This document shows, in pieces, positions 23,963-36,843 of a stretch of 64,000 nucleotides of DNA. Below the pieces are notes generated by a model. It saw only the letters and a list, made by a program, of their open reading frames with translations, made no database searches and was not told where the DNA came from. Source of the stretch: Flectonema sp. DT1601 (Eukaryota); NCBI GenBank assembly GCA_964019425.1, contig OZ025782.1, positions 62,001 to 126,000 on the forward strand, given 5' to 3'. Numbering within the stretch: position 1 is the first letter of the stretch; the number at the start of each line of letters is the position of its first letter. Position numbers and translations under genes: made by a program.

Positions 23963-25178
23963 TCAATTTCCCAAAGGAGGTGGTAGTCTTTTCTTTCTTG
24001 AAGATGCATCGGAAGCAATCGCCGGTTTCGAACTAATACCACTTTTCGGACTTAAGTTAGAACTACCTCCCATACTACTGAGTGTTTGTTGTTGAGGCAG
24101 ACGAGATGACTGTTTTTTTTTTTTTTTTTGATGTTTTTTTTTTATTATAAGAATTCACCTTACTAATATAACATACCGACACAGGACATGGAGGAGTAGA
24201 CACCTCATCAGGTTGGCGGTGATCTTTTGAATCTGTTGCTGATGTTGCTTCGGATGAATCTGACGCAAATCCCATTTCAATGTCCAAACCGTTTTGAGAT
24301 CCATCTGAATGGTTCGTGTTATTTTGTATTTGATTAGCAATTTGAGTTGAAAGAGCTGTTTTCATAACTATTCCCTTCCTTCCAACAACAATCCATTCAT
24401 AAGTCGTTAATTTCCCCTTACATAAAATAGTATGAAAAGAAAACAAGTGAACCAACAACCCGAAAGCAACAATATCTAATACAAGAGTAACGCAAATACC
24501 TGCGCGGTAGTTGTTTATTGGAGTTGAGTTGAGATGGTCCTTAAGCAGAGCATTCCATTTTAATGGATATTCACCGAGATCGCGTAGTATCCACGAACAT
24601 ATAATAATAATACCACAAGACATCAATAACGTCGTTGACAAGAATATAAAAAAATATTTGTAATTGGCTGCTCCAACACAGGTATTTAACCATTTGCAGT
24701 GATGATCAAAATCAGAAACACACTTATTACATGCCTTACAGTGCTTTGATTCGTTTCTGATCCATGCATTGCAAATCGTACACTTTACTGACGGAATATG
24801 GTGACAAACATAATGGTTATCTGTTGGTTCTTTCTTAATACCTGGATCAGAAGGATCTATTATGGATGCCATCACATTACTCCAAATCATTATTACATAG
24901 CTAGCTCCGAAATAACAATAAACAATTATATTGAATGGAGATGGTAGAAACGGTGCTAACAACACGCACACTATCACAAAGAATCCGATGAATAAAATCC
25001 AACTAGCAATCTGAAGTAAGTGCCACGGTCTATGAAAACCATGTCTTCTTTTTTGAAATTGTTTCCACACATCGTGAGGTACTACTTTACTCCGCATTGG
25101 AAATCCATGGAATAGAGGTGCCTTGTATGGCACTGGAGTGTTAGCTGGGCCGCTTAAGTTTGGTGTTTGCGAAATCAT
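23963..25178 (-). CDS. DHHC palmitoyl acyltransferase, 2 exons (24177-25178, 23963-24109)
   Basis: SKHCKACNKCVSDFDHHCKWLNTCVGAANYKYF, DP(S)DPG, TTYEW, four TM segments; intron GTATGT...poly(A)CAG at 24110-24176. Confidence 0.95.
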
Positions 25179-25350
25179 TCCATTACCTGATTACTAGTTC
25201 TGAGTGGGGGTGAAACTTTGACAATGTAAAAGCAGTTACTTTAGGGTATTAAAAACAAAATTAATATCAAGTACTTGACTGAAAAAATATTTGTAGTTGT
25301 TAATCAATCCGAAATCATTCCATTACCTGATTACTAGTTCTGAGTGGGGG
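25170..25350 (-). mobile_element. Dispersed repeat family A insert (25211-25309) between identical 41 bp direct repeats (25170-25210, 25310-25350)
   Basis: Insert TGAAACTTTGACAATGTAAAA...TTAATATCAAGTACTTGACTGAAAA recurs at 43727, 57689 and as fragments at 48228/48550; duplicated flank contains the DHHC gene acceptor and ATG. Confidence 0.8.
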
Positions 25351-27141
25351 AGGAGAATTAGAAATAAGTTTTTTTTTTTTTTTTTTTGATTTGTGCAACA
25401 AAATACCAGCAGTCCCTTCTTACATAACTTCCAAACACATCTGAGAAAAGGAAATAATAACAATTAAGTATAGTCATATGTTAATAATTTTTCACGTGAT
25501 TACGAAAAATATGTTTTTTTCTTTTTCTTTTTCTTTCTCTATACGTCGAGGAAAGCTTTGCACAATCACAAGGTGCAAAATAAACAGTTTTGCGAAAACA
25601 AACGTTATTAGGGAATATAAAAAAAAAAAAAAAAGCAGGGGGACAATAAAAGAATGCAGTAGTTCACCTACTTACAACTAAACAAGGGGGAGATAGGAAT
25701 AACACTTGTAACCACCGACCACTCCAGTTACAAAGGCAAGAAAGGGTCATCATGAACCCAATACGGTACGTACAAATAAATACAATAGATTCATAACGAC
25801 CACTAACAATGTGTACCTTAGAAAAGCTCTCTACCAAGGAAGACACTAATTACTTATAGTCCAACAAAAGTGATATGATTGTAATAATAATATGAAATTG
25901 GTTACCAAGAATGAAAAAAAAAAAAAAAAAAATGAACAACAAAATATAAACAAAAATCACTTAACTTCGTAAGAGAAAAAAAATAAAGTAGGAGATAAAA
26001 CTGTTTTTTTATTAGGTTTATGATACAGTGACTAATAATGTTAATACACGCTGACACTCCGCAAATGACGCACATTGCTCTACATTATAATCAATGTTTC
26101 TAACTTATCTGCCTCTTTTTCCGTTTTTCCGTGTTGTCATTCAGTGCAGCACGGACTCAAGTTATGGACACCAAAACCAGGGTCGTCAAGAAACAAACAA
26201 TTTTTCAAAAAAAAAAAAAAAAAAATGGGCTGGGGGTGGGGAATAATAAAGCTTAACAACACACATTAATCCGAAAGTACAAGTAAAATTATAAATAAAA
26301 AAACTAAACATCTTCTAACGTCACCAAGAGTGACTTGGAAAGATACTCCCTACTGAAAGTTTATTCTAAAAAAGAGAAATTTCAAAGAAAAAAAAAAAAA
26401 ATCATTTTCCTTCAAACAATCTCGATAGTATTATCATTATCATACACAACATTAGGCTTTAAAAAAAAAACTAAAAAAAAAACAAAATACAATACACGCG
26501 GCAAGGTCCGTGCCATGAATCTCTTCACCGATTAAACAGCGATAGGAATTTATTTATTTTTTTTTTTTTTTTTTCCTTTGAAAGAAAATCTCACGTAGCT
26601 CCTTTTATTTATTTTTTTATTTATTTTTTTTTCCCTCATCGAAAAAAAAAGCAGTGGAATTTTTTCAGCCATTCCTCAGCATCTCGGGGTGAACAAGAAT
26701 GAAGTGAAAAAAAAAACAAAATAAACATAACAATTATGATTACACCAGTCTTTTATCTTGTGCCAGGAAAACCACGAATGAAGGTTCCTAAGTGAACTCC
26801 CTTTATGTTTATTGTACTAACCCTGTCTGTGGTTCTGAAGGTACCGTTTCTGTTTTACCCAACGAAGAGGTTAAAAAAAAAGAGAGAAAAAACTAACAAA
26901 GATCTCCAATGAGGGGAACGATCATCGCATTGAAGCGATTTTCTCTTGTGATGCTTCTTTCTCTGAGGTCAGAGATCAGAGATCCAGATTACGACAAATT
27001 AGCAAAAAATTGTCATCTTATTACCGTAGAAGAAACAGAACCTCGGATTCAAGAAACGAGAAGACCGATGTGGTCTCGCAGAAACGAAATCCATATTTTT
27101 TTTTTTTTTTTTTTTTTTTGAAATGTTCATGACCACACTGC

Positions 27142-29388
27142 CTACAGATAACATGAATCTTGTAGTTGACATTCAGTCGTTAGTACTTTCTGAAATAAGA
27201 ATCTCAAATCAGAAATATCAGAATTGCAGCCTCTGGAGAATCTCGAGGCACACGGAGACTGAGGATATGCTTCTTCAAAGGTGTAACGCGTCGGGGATTT
27301 AGGAGAGCGTACCGCAACCGACGGCTTTTTAGGAGTTTTAAGAGGCTGAAATTGCTCACTTCTAAAAATAGACGGAAACGGCTCAATCGGAATTGGCATT
27401 CTAGCCGGATGGGGATACAGCTGACCATCAGCATCAACATCACCCAGTGAAGAAACTGTGACGCTCTTTTTCCTTTGATCTGGTAGAAAATAATTTGAAA
27501 GAGAAGTAACAACGCGTGGCACTCCCCTCGGCATTGAAAGAGGTTTTTTTGTACTTGGCACGGGTGTTATCGTTACTTTATTCTCACCTTCTTGTGCGGA
27601 AGGAGTACTGGTAGAAGAGATTATGTCTTTGGTTGTGATTTCTTGTATGTTTTGTAAAGGCATTGCAACACTTTTCTTGGCGGATTCAAAACTTGAAAGC
27701 TCCCTCACTGTGATGTGAGTTTGTGGAACTACTTCCACGGCACCGAAAGCAGAAGACCTGCTATTGTTGTTTCTAACGTGTGAATATTTTGGGTTTTTAA
27801 CGTTATTTGATGACTGCGGTACCAGTCCCTCAACATTAGCTTCTATACAAGGGTACTTAGTTGTTAGAAGATTGCCTAATTCGGTATTCTGATCACCGTT
27901 GAGAGCCGCTGTTAACAATATTTGATTCAATTCCTGTGCATTGTTAACATCTTTGAATTGCATATCAACGATAACAGAACCCTGTCTAACACTCATGATG
28001 CTTATCTGATCAGGTCGTACTCCCATACTGGAGGCTATGTTGTTCTTAAAGGTTGGTTGATCAAACTGTTGAGGACCTGGCAAATCAAATCGTAACGTAA
28101 CCGGCTGTCCTAAATTATTTGATAAATTCCTATAAGCAGGAGGGACGTGATAATTGAAATGAGTGGCAGGTGGTGGACCACCCGCCCCTGAAAATGTCGG
28201 ATTTGCTACCTCAACAACTTGAATGTCTTCAACGTCGATATTATTAGATCCGAATTGTGGAGGATCGTGATTCGCAAAGTTATGAACCTGCGTCTGGATT
28301 TGAGGCTGAGCTTGAGGCTGGACATGAGTCTGAATTTGAGGCTCCACCTGCTGTTGTTGAGAGTTAATTAAAGTAACATCCTTGGCAGTGTCAGGTTCCG
28401 GTTTCGTGTCACCAAAAATATTTTCATTTTCAGGATTCAATAACGGAATTTCTCTACTATCCCTATCAGATAAACTGATCGACCCAAGACCATCAGGATG
28501 ACTTGAAGGTTTCTTCTTACGAGTTGCTAACACAATGACTGCAACAAGTAACAAACAACAACAAAGACAACCCAATATAATCCCGGCTATTGCACCCGCA
28601 CCTAAACCATCGTCCTCTTCATTAATTGGTGACGATGCCGCAGCTTTAGTAAGATGGTGATTTACTGGTTGGTCTAAGTAGAGCGGTGCCAAATCTGGAT
28701 ACCTTCGGTCAGGTACTGGATCTGGTGTAGCTGTCGTATTAGGATCTGGTGTATTCGGATTTGGAACATTAGGATTTGGGTTTGGATTATTCGGGTCTGG
28801 AGTGTCTGGATTACTAATGGGAGGGTTAAGCAAATCATATTCATCCTGTGGAGCTGATGAAGTATTTGTAAAAGTTAACATCTCAGGTGTTGTTGTTCTA
28901 TCACTATGACCAGTCGTTGCTAACATACTCAAATCATTAACATTACCAAGACATGAAATAACAGGCAACTGTTGCACTGATGTATCAAAAGTAAAATGAT
29001 CGGCAGTGAGACCAGTCAATGAACGAGATAGTTGCATTGTTTGAAGGTTTGTTGTTTTGTTTTGATATTCAATATTCCAAGTCTTTTGAAGAGGTGTACC
29101 TGATGCTCTTAATCCTAACTTCCATTCACTAAAACCGAATCCTTGAGCATCAAATGCGATAGCGTACGTATTCAACATTGTCGTACCAAAACCAATTCCA
29201 TACCACCTGGCAGCAGGTCCTGTGATTGTCAGGTAAACTTTATCAAAGTCATCATCAATAACTAATTGTAAACTAGTAATCCAAGGATTCCCACTTGTCG
29301 TTGGAAACACCGCAGGACCATATCCCACAGTAGCTGACGCAGCCCTACCTACCAGAGTCAACAGCAACACCCATACACAATATATCAT
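27142..29388 (-). CDS. Type-I membrane protein: DOMON-like ectodomain, Pro/Asn stalk, TM, long tail containing an SEA-like module
   Basis: Signal peptide; VYLTITGPAARWYGIGFG...YAI DOMON-like; TM GAIAGIILGCLCCCLLLVAVIVL; FKNNIASSMGVRPDQISIMSVRQGSVIVDMQF. Confidence 0.75.
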   Translation of the reverse strand: MIYCVWVLLLTLVGRAASATVGYGPAVFPTTSGNPWITSLQLVIDDDFDKVYLTITGPAARWYGIGFGTTMLNTYAIAFDAQGFGFSEWKLGLRASGTPLQKTWNIEYQNKTTNLQTMQLSRSLTGLTADHFTFDTSVQQLPVISCLGNVNDLSMLATTGHSDRTTTPEMLTFTNTSSAPQDEYDLLNPPISNPDTPDPNNPNPNPNVPNPNTPDPNTTATPDPVPDRRYPDLAPLYLDQPVNHHLTKAAASSPINEEDDGLGAGAIAGIILGCLCCCLLLVAVIVLATRKKKPSSHPDGLGSISLSDRDSREIPLLNPENENIFGDTKPEPDTAKDVTLINSQQQQVEPQIQTHVQPQAQPQIQTQVHNFANHDPPQFGSNNIDVEDIQVVEVANPTFSGAGGPPPATHFNYHVPPAYRNLSNNLGQPVTLRFDLPGPQQFDQPTFKNNIASSMGVRPDQISIMSVRQGSVIVDMQFKDVNNAQELNQILLTAALNGDQNTELGNLLTTKYPCIEANVEGLVPQSSNNVKNPKYSHVRNNNSRSSAFGAVEVVPQTHITVRELSSFESAKKSVAMPLQNIQEITTKDIISSTSTPSAQEGENKVTITPVPSTKKPLSMPRGVPRVVTSLSNYFLPDQRKKSVTVSSLGDVDADGQLYPHPARMPIPIEPFPSIFRSEQFQPLKTPKKPSVAVRSPKSPTRYTFEEAYPQSPCASRFSRGCNSDISDLRFLFQKVLTTECQLQDSCYL

Positions 29389-29628
29389 TTTATTGAGTAC
29401 TTTTACAAAAATATTAATAATCAAAACTAAAAACTACAATCGAAAATGCTCAGAGTACTTGACTCTCTCTCTAGGTAAACAACAACTTCTGTTAAATTGG
29501 TTAGTTAGGAAACAAGTTGTCTTTAAAATAAGTTGTTCAAGAACTCAACCCAGCCCCTGATGATGAGATTATAACGTAATTAGAGTACCGGTTGAATGTC
29601 AGTCTTGTCTGTACAGTCTCTACCATTC

Positions 29629-30930
29629 TTAATGGGCATTTGTTAGAAGCTTTGTCATCTCTGTCTCTAGGAGATCACAGTCAAGAACAGCAGCTGTAAC
29701 GCTGTGGAATTTCAATAAAAGATGACCATTTTTATAAAGCAATATCACTGGAGTGGCTTCGATGCTCAACGGGAACCACTCTCTGCAGACATCAATATCA
29801 ACCGCGAAAAGTGGAATTTCAAATTTCTCACAGAGTTTGGTCACAAAGTCTGATGCAGACTGTGAAACTGAACACCACGAAGCAAATACAAAAATACAAA
29901 CATTCGATGAACTGATTTCATTGTATGAACTCAAAGAATGAATTTGTTTTAAAGAATGTAATTGACTACCACTACAACAACCAGCGTGTGAACAGCTGTG
30001 TTGATTAGTAGATTGTTGTGCAGTAATCTGATTGATGAAATTTAAAATGAATTCTTCGATTTGTTTTTCAGTTGGATTTTCTTCACCAAAGACGTACTGA
30101 CCACTTTCATGAATGATTCCAAAATATTCTTTTTCTGGAGAACCGAATTGCTTTACTAAAATATTAGCTGTCGCGTCACCAGCAGTCGTGACAGCGAATC
30201 CCAGCAAGCACGACTCCTCACTAGCATTATCTATTCCTTTTGATTTGAGAACGCTTTGAACTGTTGAGTTAATCTTTTGTAACTGCGCTGAAACAACAAG
30301 AAGTTTGTCGGCAGAAGTTACAGCAACCACCATTGGTATTTTAGTAAGGACGTGCACGACACTATCCAAGTTGTGTACAAAAGGATCTTCCCACAGTTTG
30401 GGACGTAATATGTTGTTAGGAATAGTAAAAGGTGATGGTGGAGAAGAGATGTACCCAATAATTGCAATAAAAGTAACGTCCAAGTTCGAATCCGTCGCGT
30501 GAGATTCAATCAATTTAAAACCCAGGCTTTCAACAGAGACACCAGTACCGTCAGGAGCTGCAAGAGTTACACAAGATTCCATATTTATATTACTCGTTGA
30601 GAAACAATGAAACTTCTTATCAGTATTTTCAGATTCTTCATATTCATCAACAGGAAAGTCATTATATATCTCTAACTCTGAAGCTGTTTTACAATTTGTA
30701 ACAACAACCCCTGACATCAACGGTTCCCCATATCCTCTAACAGGAACTCTTACCACGATGTGTGTTACAAATAACTTGTTGTTTGACTTTAATATTAAAC
30801 TATGATTCACTCCCTCTCCTGAACAGTGTACTTCGTCATTGATTTTGAGAACTCGTTCAATTTCATGTCCGGGTTCGCTTCCTCCGTCGTACGAGTCTAT
30901 CGTAAAATACTTGTTTAGCACTTCTAACAT
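29629..30930 (-). CDS. Thioredoxin-fold protein with atypical WCxxS site
   Basis: C-terminal FVFASWCSVS...FAVDID...IEATPVILLYKNG; preceding PDI-b'-like segment ending IEEFILNF; beta-rich N-terminal domain. Confidence 0.75.
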   Translation of the reverse strand: MLEVLNKYFTIDSYDGGSEPGHEIERVLKINDEVHCSGEGVNHSLILKSNNKLFVTHIVVRVPVRGYGEPLMSGVVVTNCKTASELEIYNDFPVDEYEESENTDKKFHCFSTSNINMESCVTLAAPDGTGVSVESLGFKLIESHATDSNLDVTFIAIIGYISSPPSPFTIPNNILRPKLWEDPFVHNLDSVVHVLTKIPMVVAVTSADKLLVVSAQLQKINSTVQSVLKSKGIDNASEESCLLGFAVTTAGDATANILVKQFGSPEKEYFGIIHESGQYVFGEENPTEKQIEEFILNFINQITAQQSTNQHSCSHAGCCSGSQLHSLKQIHSLSSYNEISSSNVCIFVFASWCSVSQSASDFVTKLCEKFEIPLFAVDIDVCREWFPLSIEATPVILLYKNGHLLLKFHSVTAAVLDCDLLETEMTKLLTNAH

Positions 30931-30964
30931 TTTTTTTTTTTAATTATGTAGATCTTTTTTGGTA

Positions 30965-31100
30965 GTTAGAATATATAAGTTTATTATAAAAAAAGTGCAC
31001 TAAAATAAAATATAAAAAAAAAGAAAAGTTATAAAAACACAATTGTTCTGCTGTTCCATGATACACTTGTGGAATACGTAGTTTCAGGCCTTAATCTTAT
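30965..31100. repeat. AT-rich dispersed repeat family B
   Basis: ...GTGCACTAAA...GTTATAAAAACACAATTGTTCTGCTGTTCCA...TAATCTTATA resembles 47830-47990 and 54505-54642. Confidence 0.6.
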
Positions 31101-32061
31101 ACTACTTGTCCCTCTTAGGCTTTTGGTAGTTAGATATATGACTTATAAGTGCTGGGTATTCGAAGACTCACCTCGTCTAGCTTAATAATGGATACGGAGA
31201 TAAGTTTCCTATCCTTAGAAAATTATTTTTTTTAATCAATAGGGGGGCAGTTACTCTCAATTTTATGTTAAAAATGTTGACTACCTGATAAACAAAAAAG
31301 ATTTATATATTTTTCAAACAAAATTATGCTAACAACAATAATAAAAAAAAAAATAAAAAAAAAATTATCATCCGATCGCTAACGCTTTGCAGAAGACGTC
31401 CACGACTGCACAACTGGGATCGAAAAAAAAAAAAACCTTCCTGCAGATAAGAGCAGCCTTTGGAAAAGCGAAAAAAAGCGAAAATACAACTGCAAATGGT
31501 CATTTCTGGGTCACTGGGATGGGGCTGTTGCCGCTTACGGACAGCTAGGAAGCGTGTCCGCAACAAATCTAAACAGAGACCACAGTTTAGACGAAAAGTT
31601 TTAACGTAGCAAGGGAAGGCATAAGCAAAAAACCGGCAACACGGAAAGAAAAAAAAAAGGGGGAAAAAAACAATCCACACTTTTTTTTTTTTTTAGATCC
31701 CACAACAATATAAAAGCACACGTTAACAGCAGGGTGAGTAGGGGAACAACGGAAACTGCCGATTGAATGGAAATAAAAAAATTTAAAAAAAAAAAAAACA
31801 GGATAATTTTCTATAGTAATTTAAACTGCGTTTAAAATAATCCATCAATACAAGACACCGGAATACCAATGTATCCTGAGGTATATTTATTATTACTAGT
31901 AAGTATCGAGTGTATGCCGCAGCTACGATAAAACGGGTCAAGCTGATTGGGCAAAACTAACAGAGTGATACAAACCGTATCACATTAACACATAAAAGAT
32001 AATAATTAAATCACATAAACGTTGTTGTCACGGGACCTATGGGTAATTTTTAGTGAGGGCT

Positions 32062-33783
32062 CTAATGGGAAGATTCTGAAACTTTGTTCCAAAGTTCGCA
32101 GATTTTGTCGTTGTTGTAAATAACGTTTTCAATTTTATGAAATCCGGGGATATCAGCGCTGAGTACAATCTGCTGAGTAACCTTCTCACCCGCCTTGGTA
32201 ATTGGCCATGAGACAGCTCCCTTACTTGGATTTCCACTTCTAGCAAATTCAACCCACATGTCTCCCATGAGTTGAGAAAAACTCATTTCCTTATCGTTAA
32301 AGTACGCATGGTACCCAGTACCAAATGATTCATCGAAGCAAGCAGTACATTCCTTGAGCTGCTGACAAGGCTCACTCTTCAACTTCTTACCGTAAATTCC
32401 ACAGCATGAACCATCAAACATAAACACCGGCTGACCGTAAATGAACATCACTTCGTCTTCGTGCTTTGAACCAAGGTATGGGTAGTGCCACTGTGGGTCG
32501 GATGAGCAGGCAGGGTTGCTCTGGTAGTAGTAGTCAAATCTGTACATAAATGGTTTTCCTGGAGCACGAGCATTCAGTTTAGTTAAAAAGTTCTGAACCT
32601 GACAAAATGAAGGATCAGTTGCAACAGAACCAATTACGTGAGCGTTCTCAGGGCAATCCTTGCAAGCTGCTGGGTACACTGCCTTTGCTTCTTCAAACAA
32701 GGACTCCGGAACACTCTTTCTTAAAAATCTGTAGTACTCCGTGTCACTCACATCTCTAAAGCCAGTTCCACTACTGTTGAGATACTTCTGAGCGATGTAT
32801 TTCATTGAGTCGTTGGTGTTGAATCCCATTATGACTGGAACTTCATTAAACTTTAAAGTACTTCCTGGTTTAAAGTATTCAGATGGGTGATGAGGAACAA
32901 CCACACCATCAACACAAGGAATAACACCAGCAGAGTACGTTAAACTAGTGAATGCAAGCGGGTCCTTCACAGCCTGGAAACACTCCTTCAGCTTTTGTGA
33001 GTAAAGACCTCCATATTCCTCAATTGGGCAACCAACTGCCTTAGCAATTGCTGGTACATTCTGTGTGAGAGATTCATTAGCAGTAGGTAGGTCGTCTAAT
33101 GTTCCACTCTCACCTACTAATCCATTAAAGAGACCTGCTGATCCAGGTAATACGAGATGTAATAAAGTTGATGACGCTCCGCTAGACTGACCGTGGGCAG
33201 CAACCTTATTTGGATCTCCTCCAAATTGTTTGATCTCACGTTGGACCCAACGAAGTCCACTTTGCATGTCCATTTGTCCCCAGTTACCAGTAGGTTTGTT
33301 AGTCAGTAAATCAGATCCGAAAGGCATCCATCCCATGGTACCACTTCTGTATGAGAGGGTTACGTAAATCGCTCCTTGGCGAGCGGCAATTGCAGATCCG
33401 TTGTAAGGTTCAGCTTCTCCAAATTGATATGATCCTCCAAAGATCCAAACTAAGACGGGTAAGTCATCTCCCTCCTTTGCGCCTGTTGGTTGCCAAACGT
33501 TCAGGTAAAGACAATCTTCAGATCCATAAGTTACGTTAACACTATCACCGACCTGCATGCAGGCCAGACCGAAGTCTTGTGCCAAGTATGGTTGTTTTTT
33601 GTATGGTTCAGTCAGGTCAACAGGTGCCTCGAAACGCTTTGAGTTCGCGAACTTAACTCCCAAGAATTCATTTGCTCCAGGGAGTAAGTTTCCGTAAATG
33701 GTGCTACCTGTAGTTAGAGTAACTGACGGACCCTGAGCACTAGCCAGCGCTGCCATCGCTAAGATAGTCACTGCGCGCATCAT
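32062..33783 (-). CDS. Secreted type-B carboxylesterase/cholinesterase family hydrolase
   Basis: SEDCLYLNVW, VWIFGGSY, GGDPNKV..HGQSSGA nucleophile elbow, GSKHEDEV catalytic His region; signal peptide from ATG 33783. Confidence 0.95.
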   Translation of the reverse strand: MMRAVTILAMAALASAQGPSVTLTTGSTIYGNLLPGANEFLGVKFANSKRFEAPVDLTEPYKKQPYLAQDFGLACMQVGDSVNVTYGSEDCLYLNVWQPTGAKEGDDLPVLVWIFGGSYQFGEAEPYNGSAIAARQGAIYVTLSYRSGTMGWMPFGSDLLTNKPTGNWGQMDMQSGLRWVQREIKQFGGDPNKVAAHGQSSGASSTLLHLVLPGSAGLFNGLVGESGTLDDLPTANESLTQNVPAIAKAVGCPIEEYGGLYSQKLKECFQAVKDPLAFTSLTYSAGVIPCVDGVVVPHHPSEYFKPGSTLKFNEVPVIMGFNTNDSMKYIAQKYLNSSGTGFRDVSDTEYYRFLRKSVPESLFEEAKAVYPAACKDCPENAHVIGSVATDPSFCQVQNFLTKLNARAPGKPFMYRFDYYYQSNPACSSDPQWHYPYLGSKHEDEVMFIYGQPVFMFDGSCCGIYGKKLKSEPCQQLKECTACFDESFGTGYHAYFNDKEMSFSQLMGDMWVEFARSGNPSKGAVSWPITKAGEKVTQQIVLSADIPGFHKIENVIYNNDKICELWNKVSESSH

Positions 33784-36507
33784 TTTTAGTTGTTGTCTGA
33801 ACGAACATATGATTTTATTTAACAACAGAAAGGTAATTTAAATATTTAAGAGTACTGCTCTCACCCACTATGGGGAAGATTGAAGGCGTTAAAATTCTTT
33901 CTCGTTTTATCTTGAAATACGATTTCGTTTTTCTAGCAAAACGCCGCCATTCATAATGAGCACAATAACCAATGAATGATATTGTTTGTCTGTTACCTTT
34001 ACTTTTTTTTCCTTATTCTTTTTTTTTTTTTTTTTTTCCCCTCGAATATTAGTTCCAGCGAAGCTGTGGTACATTTATACGTAAATCATACAGCTGACTA
34101 GAATAGTTTTTTTTCTCTTTTTTTTCTTCTTTTCTTTTTTTTTTTTTTTTTCAACAAAATTTATCGAATCACTTCAGTCCACAAATCAATATCGACCCAA
34201 CGAGATTGTTTGTCTTCTGTCGGTTCATACCTCATGCTCTCCCACAAATAGTACTGTTGTTAGCCGTTATCATCTCAGTTTGCTTGGCAAATTTTTAATC
34301 ATCAAAATTTCTTTTTATTATTTGCAGAAAGGATATTTGTCTTCTGGAGCTTAAGGGTCAAAGGCATTCGTATTTTTTTTATTTTTTTCCAGGTGAAATT
34401 TCACCCAGATTGGAAGCTCAGCAGTTGCATGCGGAGCGACAATACTTCAGAAACCAGAGTGACTGTAGCCAACGACTTACTTCAAAGAACAAAAAAAAAA
34501 CCCATCCACGATTGATAAGAAACTTCTAATTGTAAGGAGAGCAGTAACTTTCTTCTTTCCGATGTTGCACAAGTGATTCTTATTGTCGTTGTTGTTTTTT
34601 TTTTGTTTTTTTTTTCTAAAATAATTTTCTTTCTCTTTTTTTTTCAGTAACAAAACAGAACGCAAGAAACGAATTAACTGACTTTCAAAGTTTTTATCTG
34701 AAGATACAGGTAAACAAAACATTTTTCGCAACAAAAAAAAAAAAAAACTAATCCGCACAAAGTTAGAACTGGAACACAGTGAAGGAGATGTACGCAGGAA
34801 TTCCTCCAACAGTATTAAAATAGAAGTTGAGCACTGAGATTCCTCTTCTTCTTCCTCTTCTTTTTTTTTTTTTTTTTTCAATGTAATGCAAAATTGCAAA
34901 AGGCAAAAATAATGGTATCAACGACAGATACGATCTTATGGGAAGACTGCATCAGGAACGATAACATTATTAAGATGAAAATTTATGCGTTCCGTGATTT
35001 TGTCTTTTTAGTGATAGTTGTGACCAAAAACATTATGAAACAATTTATCGAACCAAACGTAGAAAAGACGGTTGTGGACCATGAGGAGCCTAATCTGCAC
35101 CGGGTATGGAGCCGCCCAAGTCGAAACAGGAAAAGGACTTCTATCTTGCAAGACTAAGAGAACATCATCAGAAATGCAAGTTTTTTTCCAAAGAAAGAAA
35201 GTTTCTGAGAGATTCGATCACTCTGACGAAACGGGCTTCACTAGTAGCTTGCTATGAATCAGTATTAACATTTTTATAGCATTGCTTTTATTCATTAAAA
35301 GGTTCCATACAAAGTTTCCCCCCCCCCCCCCCCCCCCTTCCCCGTATTATTCAAGGCTAAACAAGTGTTTGCCCCTTATTTATTAAGATCCTCCATTTTT
35401 AGTGGGATTTCTTTTTGCTGTACCCTCAGTTTTTTTTTTTATTTTTTTTATATACTTGCAACGAACCTCCCCTCAGAGATCAACAGCTGAAAAAAACACT
35501 CACGTTTTTTTCCGAATAGATAGTAACGTAACAGAAATAAGAAACAACATAATAATAATTTTTTTTTTTTTGAAGAAATTCAGACAACACAAAACGCACA
35601 ACAAGAAGATGGAACTTTAATCAATCGTTAGGCTTCAGTGAGTACATGCTGAAACGCAGGTTCAGCAGTCTGACCGCTAAGGACAAGACCCCCTTCGACC
35701 GATGTTTTTTTCTTATCTTCTGTAGTTGTGGAAGCTCTCAACGAAAAACAAAAAATTTATCAAGTAGTGGGAAGAGAAGAATAATAACGGGAAAATAAAG
35801 ACTTTACTTTGGTTGCTTGATGAACATAGGCAAGTCTCTTTTTTGTTACATAAATTAAACAAAATTTAAAACCAACTAAACGCTATGCAGATCCCTGCCT
35901 GCAGTTTCGCCGGGTTCAATGGGACTTTCGACTTTCGTTGTCGTTGTTATTGTTGTTGTCTTTCTTCTTTCTTTTTTTTTTTTTTTTTTTCTTCTTTCTC
36001 CTCTGTTTTCACGATCACGTGTTTTGCTGTTTGTCAGATTATAAATTTGACAAACTAGCATTGGCAAAGGCAACCCTTTATTTTACATACAAAAAAAAAA
36101 GAAATCTAAAAAGAAAAATTACTGAAACAAACAAAAAAAAAAGGTTATCGAAAGTGTTTCCCTTTTTTTCTCTCTTTTAATTCAATTGGAATTTCCAACA
36201 GAAGAGGGTTTCAATAAAAAATCCATTAACAAAGTGTTGGCAATGATTAACTCAATATGAGATAAGTGTTGCTTTGGCTTGACAGTGCAAGTAAAGTGGT
36301 ATCTTACAACTCTCGTATCTCAATGTGGTAATCTCCGGAAATCTCCATCTACTTAATAAGAATGTTACTTGGCGTTCCAGAACTCACAACCGACGAGTAA
36401 ATAAGCTTTTTCCTATACTGACAAATCTATATAAAAAAAAAAATAATAATTAGTCGAAAGTTTGATTTTTTTTTTTTTCCTTCTTGAATTTCATTCGCTT
36501 TTCAGCT

Positions 36508-36538
<31 letters not shown>

Positions 36539-36843
36539 AACCCCCCCCTCCTTTTGTTTTTTTTTTTCTGTTTATAAAAATGGAGCTTCGGAGCTCACAA
36601 TTTGTGCTAGGTATTTTACGATAATTGGTAACGAAACAGATTTATCTTCAAGGTTTTTTTTTTTTTTTTTTTTTTTTTCAATAAAGAAATGACCGTCGTG
36701 GATATAGAGCCTTCAAAGACAACTCACTTTCCATTTAACGTCACGTTATGAGAAGACAACAGCACAGAGGTTAATAATAAGTGTTAGATTCCCTTACTAC
36801 TAACAGTGTAATTGGAGATAAACCAGATGTTTGTTATATTTGA

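Noticed and set aside
34161..34253. Possible minus-strand terminal exon (CTAACAACAG then YYLWESMRYEPTEDKQSRWVDIDLWTEVIR*)
   Set aside because: Could not find convincing upstream exons or a start codon.
35318..35337. Poly(C) run of ~20 nt
   Set aside because: Isolated homopolymer with no supporting context; length unreliable.
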